A stretch of 64,000 nt of DNA from an uncultured Pelagibacteraceae bacterium (lineage in GTDB: Bacteria; Pseudomonadota; Alphaproteobacteria; Pelagibacterales; Pelagibacteraceae). The position numbers and the translations under genes were made by a program. Location: NCBI GenBank assembly GCA_902612235.1, contig CACMCJ010000004.1, forward strand, positions 5,314-69,313, written 5' to 3'. This document shows, piece by piece, positions 60,965 through 64,000 of this stretch (its first letter is position 1; the number at the start of each line of letters is the position of its first letter). The notes under the pieces were generated by a model, which was not told the origin of the DNA, ran no database searches, and saw nothing but the letters and a program-made list of their open reading frames with translations.

Positions 60965-61001
60965 TTGAACTTTAATATGCGGCTGTATGCTCTGTCAATA
61001 G
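60965..61001 (-). promoter_or_regulatory. Sigma70-like promoter of the 64-aa gene
   Basis: CTATTGACA-N15-TATTAAAGTTCAA. Confidence 0.6.
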
Positions 61002-61010
61002 GCTTTATTA

Positions 61011-61169
61011 ATGAACAACAAAATATTAGGTTTAATTATAATCGTTTTTGGTGGCTTAATTTTGTTTAGTAAATTAGAGGCAGCAGTTTGGGTCTCGGCT
61101 ATCTCAATTGGTATCGGAAGTGGAATATTTATTTTCTGGAAAGATGAGGGGAAAGATTCGGAAGAATAA
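61011..61169 (+). CDS. Small 2-TM membrane protein (52 aa, not in the ORF track)
   Basis: MNNKILGLIIIVFGGLILFSKLEAAVWVSAISIGIGSGIFIFWKDEGKDSEE; stop 4 nt before the next ATG. Confidence 0.65.
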   Translation: MNNKILGLIIIVFGGLILFSKLEAAVWVSAISIGIGSGIFIFWKDEGKDSEE

Positions 61170-61173
61170 TAAT

Positions 61174-61752
61174 ATGAAAAAAAGAATTTTTGTTGTTTAC
61201 GGTCACCACAATACAAAAAAGTGTTTTAATCAAGAAATTAGAGACACATTTTGTTCAGAGGCAAAAAAATTAGGTCATGATATTGATTTAGTAAATTTAC
61301 ATGAAGAAAAACCTATACCTTTCTATGATGGTTCAGAACCTAGTGAGCAAATATTAAATTATAGAAAAAGATTAGAAAAAAGTGATGTCTTATTTATGAT
61401 ATCACCATGTTATAATCTACGAGCAACTGCGATCTTAGAAAATTTTATAGATTTAGTCTTAGCTCCAAAATGGTTTTTTTCTTTTAAAAGAATTGTCGGG
61501 AATTGGGGTTACCCTGTAGCAGGAGCAATGAAAGGACGTCAGGCGATTATGTCAATGAGCTACGGGGGAAATTGGTTTAGCATCCAAACTTGGTTTCAAA
61601 ACATTCCTTTTAGAAGAATTAAAGCAGGCGTATTAAAACTTGGCGGGATGAAAACAAGTTATATTAGGTTTTATGAAGTGTTGCCTGGAATGTCTCAAAA
61701 AAAATTTGAAAAACATATGAAAAAAGTAAGAAAACTTGCTCGAGAATTATAA
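61174..61752 (+). CDS. Flavodoxin-fold NAD(P)H dehydrogenase/quinone reductase (start ATG 61174)
   Basis: VVYGHH...CFN, SD......P.Y, AILENFID; Flavodoxin_2-like pattern. Confidence 0.8.
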   Translation: MKKRIFVVYGHHNTKKCFNQEIRDTFCSEAKKLGHDIDLVNLHEEKPIPFYDGSEPSEQILNYRKRLEKSDVLFMISPCYNLRATAILENFIDLVLAPKWFFSFKRIVGNWGYPVAGAMKGRQAIMSMSYGGNWFSIQTWFQNIPFRRIKAGVLKLGGMKTSYIRFYEVLPGMSQKKFEKHMKKVRKLAREL

Positions 61753-61754
61753 TC

Positions 61755-61865
61755 ATGTCAAAGAGATATTCTGGTAAAAGTAAAAAAGATCGTAGCTTTA
61801 TGAAAAAAGCTAAACTAACTCTAAAAGAAAAAAGAAAATTGAAAAGAAATAAGAAAAAAAATTAA
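61755..61865 (+). CDS. 36-aa highly basic peptide (not in the ORF track)
   Basis: MSKRYSGKSKKDRSFMKKAKLTLKEKRKLKRNKKKN; fills the gap exactly, TAATG overlap with the next gene. Confidence 0.6.
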   Translation: MSKRYSGKSKKDRSFMKKAKLTLKEKRKLKRNKKKN

Positions 61866-62491
61866 TGTGTGGTCGGTACAAAATCACTAAACCTATTAGT
61901 AAAACTATAGATATTGTAAAAACAAATATTAAAGTTGAAGACACTAACAATTATAATGCTCATCCTTCTCAAAAACTTCCTATTATTAAATCTTATACAA
62001 ATGGTAAAGCTCTAGAACTTTACGAATGGGGATTGGTACCTAACTGGTCTAAAAAGCTAGATAAATTTTCACCGCTTATAAATGCAAGAAGAGAGACCCT
62101 CATGGAAAAAATAACTTTTAAAAATCTCATACAAACATCGAGATGTATTGTTCCTGCTGATGGATATTATGAATGGAAAAGAGAAGGCAAAATTAAAATT
62201 CCATATTACTTTACAAAAGAAAATGGCGAAGTTTTGTTTTTTGCGGGTATTCACCAAAATAATAAATTTTGTATAATCACAAGAGAAGCAACAGATAAAA
62301 TAAGTCACATTCATCATAGAGAACCTATGATTATTAATCAAAGTCACATAAATAATTATTTGAATATAAAAAAAAATGCTATGGAGGTTTTAAATTCTAT
62401 AAAACCACCCAATTTAAAATTTCACGAAGTTTCTAAAGATGTAAATAATCCTCAAAATAATAATCCTAATTTAACTAAACCTATAAGTTAA
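61865..62491 (+). CDS. SRAP/YedK (HMCES-like) abasic-site protection protein
   Basis: MCGRY N-terminus, WGLVP.W, INAR.ET, RC.VPADGYYEW, HHR.P. Confidence 0.92.
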   Translation: MCGRYKITKPISKTIDIVKTNIKVEDTNNYNAHPSQKLPIIKSYTNGKALELYEWGLVPNWSKKLDKFSPLINARRETLMEKITFKNLIQTSRCIVPADGYYEWKREGKIKIPYYFTKENGEVLFFAGIHQNNKFCIITREATDKISHIHHREPMIINQSHINNYLNIKKNAMEVLNSIKPPNLKFHEVSKDVNNPQNNNPNLTKPIS

Positions 62492-62515
62492 GTAGATATT
62501 TTTAATTAAAGATGA

Positions 62516-63559
62516 TTATTTTTTTAAAATTGTTAAATGACCCATCTTTCTCTTTTCTTTAATTTCTTTCTTTTTATAATCAAAAAAAAATTCATTTTCG
62601 CTAAAAGTTTTTTTCTTATAATTTTCTATTTCTTTTCCAAGAATATTTATCATTTCAGCATTTGAAACCTTAATTGGTTCTATCATATTTAAATTACACA
62701 CTGCTCTTATATGGCCTTCAAATTGACTTATATTAAAAGCATTAATTGTAAGATGTCCAGAATTGTGAACTCTTGGAGCTATCTCATTGACTAGAATATT
62801 ATCATTACCATCTAAGAAATATTCAACACACATTGTTCCAACATAATTCAAACAATCAGCAATTTTTTTTGTATTATCTAAACATTCTCTATAAATTTTT
62901 TGGTTGATATTAGCTGGTATTTTTGAATGCTTTAAAATTTGATTTTCATGAACATTCTCTATAGGTTCATAAGTTGAAATTGTACCATTTTGATACCTTG
63001 TAATAATAACTGATATTTCTTTTTTTAAATTTACCTTTTTTTCTAAAATGAAATCAGCAGTAAAACACCAGTTTTTTTTTACATCTTCTAAATTATTTAA
63101 AACAAATTGACCATGGCCGTCGTAACCGAGAGTGTTAGTTTTCAAAATTCCAGGAAGTAGACTCTTATTGTTTAAAATATCCTCCTTTTTTTCAACAAAC
63201 GTCCATTTCGTAGTTTGAATTCCTAAATCGTTAACAAAAGTTTTTTCTAATCTTCTATTTTGTACAATTTTGTTAATATTAGGGTTTGGTAAAACCTTTT
63301 TTTCTTTATCAATCTGTTCAAGGATATCTATAGGTATATTTTCAAATTCATATGTAACAACATCAACTATTTTTATAAATTCTTGAATATTTTTTTGATC
63401 ATTGTATTTAGTAAATATAAATTTGCTTGAAAAATTTTTAGCTGGCCCGTATTCATCATCCGAAATTACTACAGTCTTAACATTAAGTTTCTGAGCTGCT
63501 TGACATAACATCGAGCCTAATTGACCTGAACCTATAATACCTAAAGTAATTTTAGACAT
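62516..63559 (-). CDS. purK: N5-CAIR synthase
   Basis: GSGQLG, TYEFENI, GYDGHGQ, NEIAPRVHNSGH, RKMGH. Confidence 0.96.
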   Translation of the reverse strand: MSKITLGIIGSGQLGSMLCQAAQKLNVKTVVISDDEYGPAKNFSSKFIFTKYNDQKNIQEFIKIVDVVTYEFENIPIDILEQIDKEKKVLPNPNINKIVQNRRLEKTFVNDLGIQTTKWTFVEKKEDILNNKSLLPGILKTNTLGYDGHGQFVLNNLEDVKKNWCFTADFILEKKVNLKKEISVIITRYQNGTISTYEPIENVHENQILKHSKIPANINQKIYRECLDNTKKIADCLNYVGTMCVEYFLDGNDNILVNEIAPRVHNSGHLTINAFNISQFEGHIRAVCNLNMIEPIKVSNAEMINILGKEIENYKKKTFSENEFFFDYKKKEIKEKRKMGHLTILKK

Positions 63560-64000
63560 TTATTTAGGTTTTTTTTTAACTAATTTTGTTTGTAATCGCT
63601 TCCACTTTTCTAGATTTGATCTAACTTTCATATCAAAGGTTCCTATTATTGAAGCAGCAAATAGTCCTGCATTAAAAGCGCCGTTTATAGCCATAGTTGC
63701 TGTTGGACAACCCTTAGGCATCTGAACTATTGATAATAAGCTATCCAATCCTTTTAATTTTTTACTTTCAATTGGGACTCCTATGACTGGCACAGTTGCT
63801 ATAGAAGCCACCATACCTGGCAGATGCGCAGAGCCTCCTGCGCCAGCTATAATAACTGCAAATCCACTTTGAGCAGCTGTCTCTGCAAATTGAAACATTC
63901 TTTTGGGAGTCCTATGAGCTGAAATAGTAGAAACTTTATATTTAACCCCTAAGGTTTTCAAAATTTTTTCAGACTCTTTCATAACAGGATAGTCAGATTG
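63560..64000 (-). CDS. purE: N5-CAIR mutase (5' end beyond window edge)
   Basis: QSD upstream of the ORF-track Met, SAHRTP, AGAGGSAHLPG, SIVQMP. Confidence 0.96.
   Translation of the reverse strand, partial: QSDYPVMKESEKILKTLGVKYKVSTISAHRTPKRMFQFAETAAQSGFAVIIAGAGGSAHLPGMVASIATVPVIGVPIESKKLKGLDSLLSIVQMPKGCPTATMAINGAFNAGLFAASIIGTFDMKVRSNLEKWKRLQTKLVKKKPK

Noticed and set aside
60860-61216. ORF-track entries 60860-61069 (+) and 60995-61216 (-), and the long start of 61108-61752
   Set aside because: They overlap better-supported elements: the promoter and leader, the 52-aa membrane ORF and ATG 61174

Overview
Very AT-rich, gene-dense alphaproteobacterial chromosome segment. The streamlined gene packing, GcrA, malate synthase G, the G-1-less tRNA-His and the divergent TrpB point to SAR11/Pelagibacterales (inference). 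Housekeeping blocks are ileS-ribF, groESL, tRNA-His-hisS-hisZ-hisG, accA/glcB, ffs-dnaX-recR, argDF, kdsD-lptCB-aroA-cmk-rpsA-ihfB-pyrF-trpFBA-accD-folC and purEK. They flank a ~22 kb phosphorus-starvation block (about 21.1-43.0 kb) with no integrase. It contains a small membrane protein-arsC-aquaporin operon, ppx-ppk, sixA, pstSCAB-phoU-phoB, a secreted unknown, phoR, the plcP-agt lipid-remodelling pair with a divergent DAG kinase, a 65-aa Lys-rich protein and ugpBAECQ. The best leads are: (1) a recurring 11-bp-period Pho-box-like motif that appears to drive an ArsR-less arsenate-detoxification operon; (2) a candidate sRNA between the aquaporin gene and ppx; (3) a possible polyphosphate-binding basic protein; (4) a structured leader or uORF ahead of a 64-aa gene whose promoter closely matches that of the cold-shock gene; (5) two small ORFs missed by the ORF track; and (6) non-canonical catalytic motifs in RlmN, TrpB and FolC. 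No CRISPR array, transposase, integrase or rRNA was seen. All calls are by eye, with no database searches.
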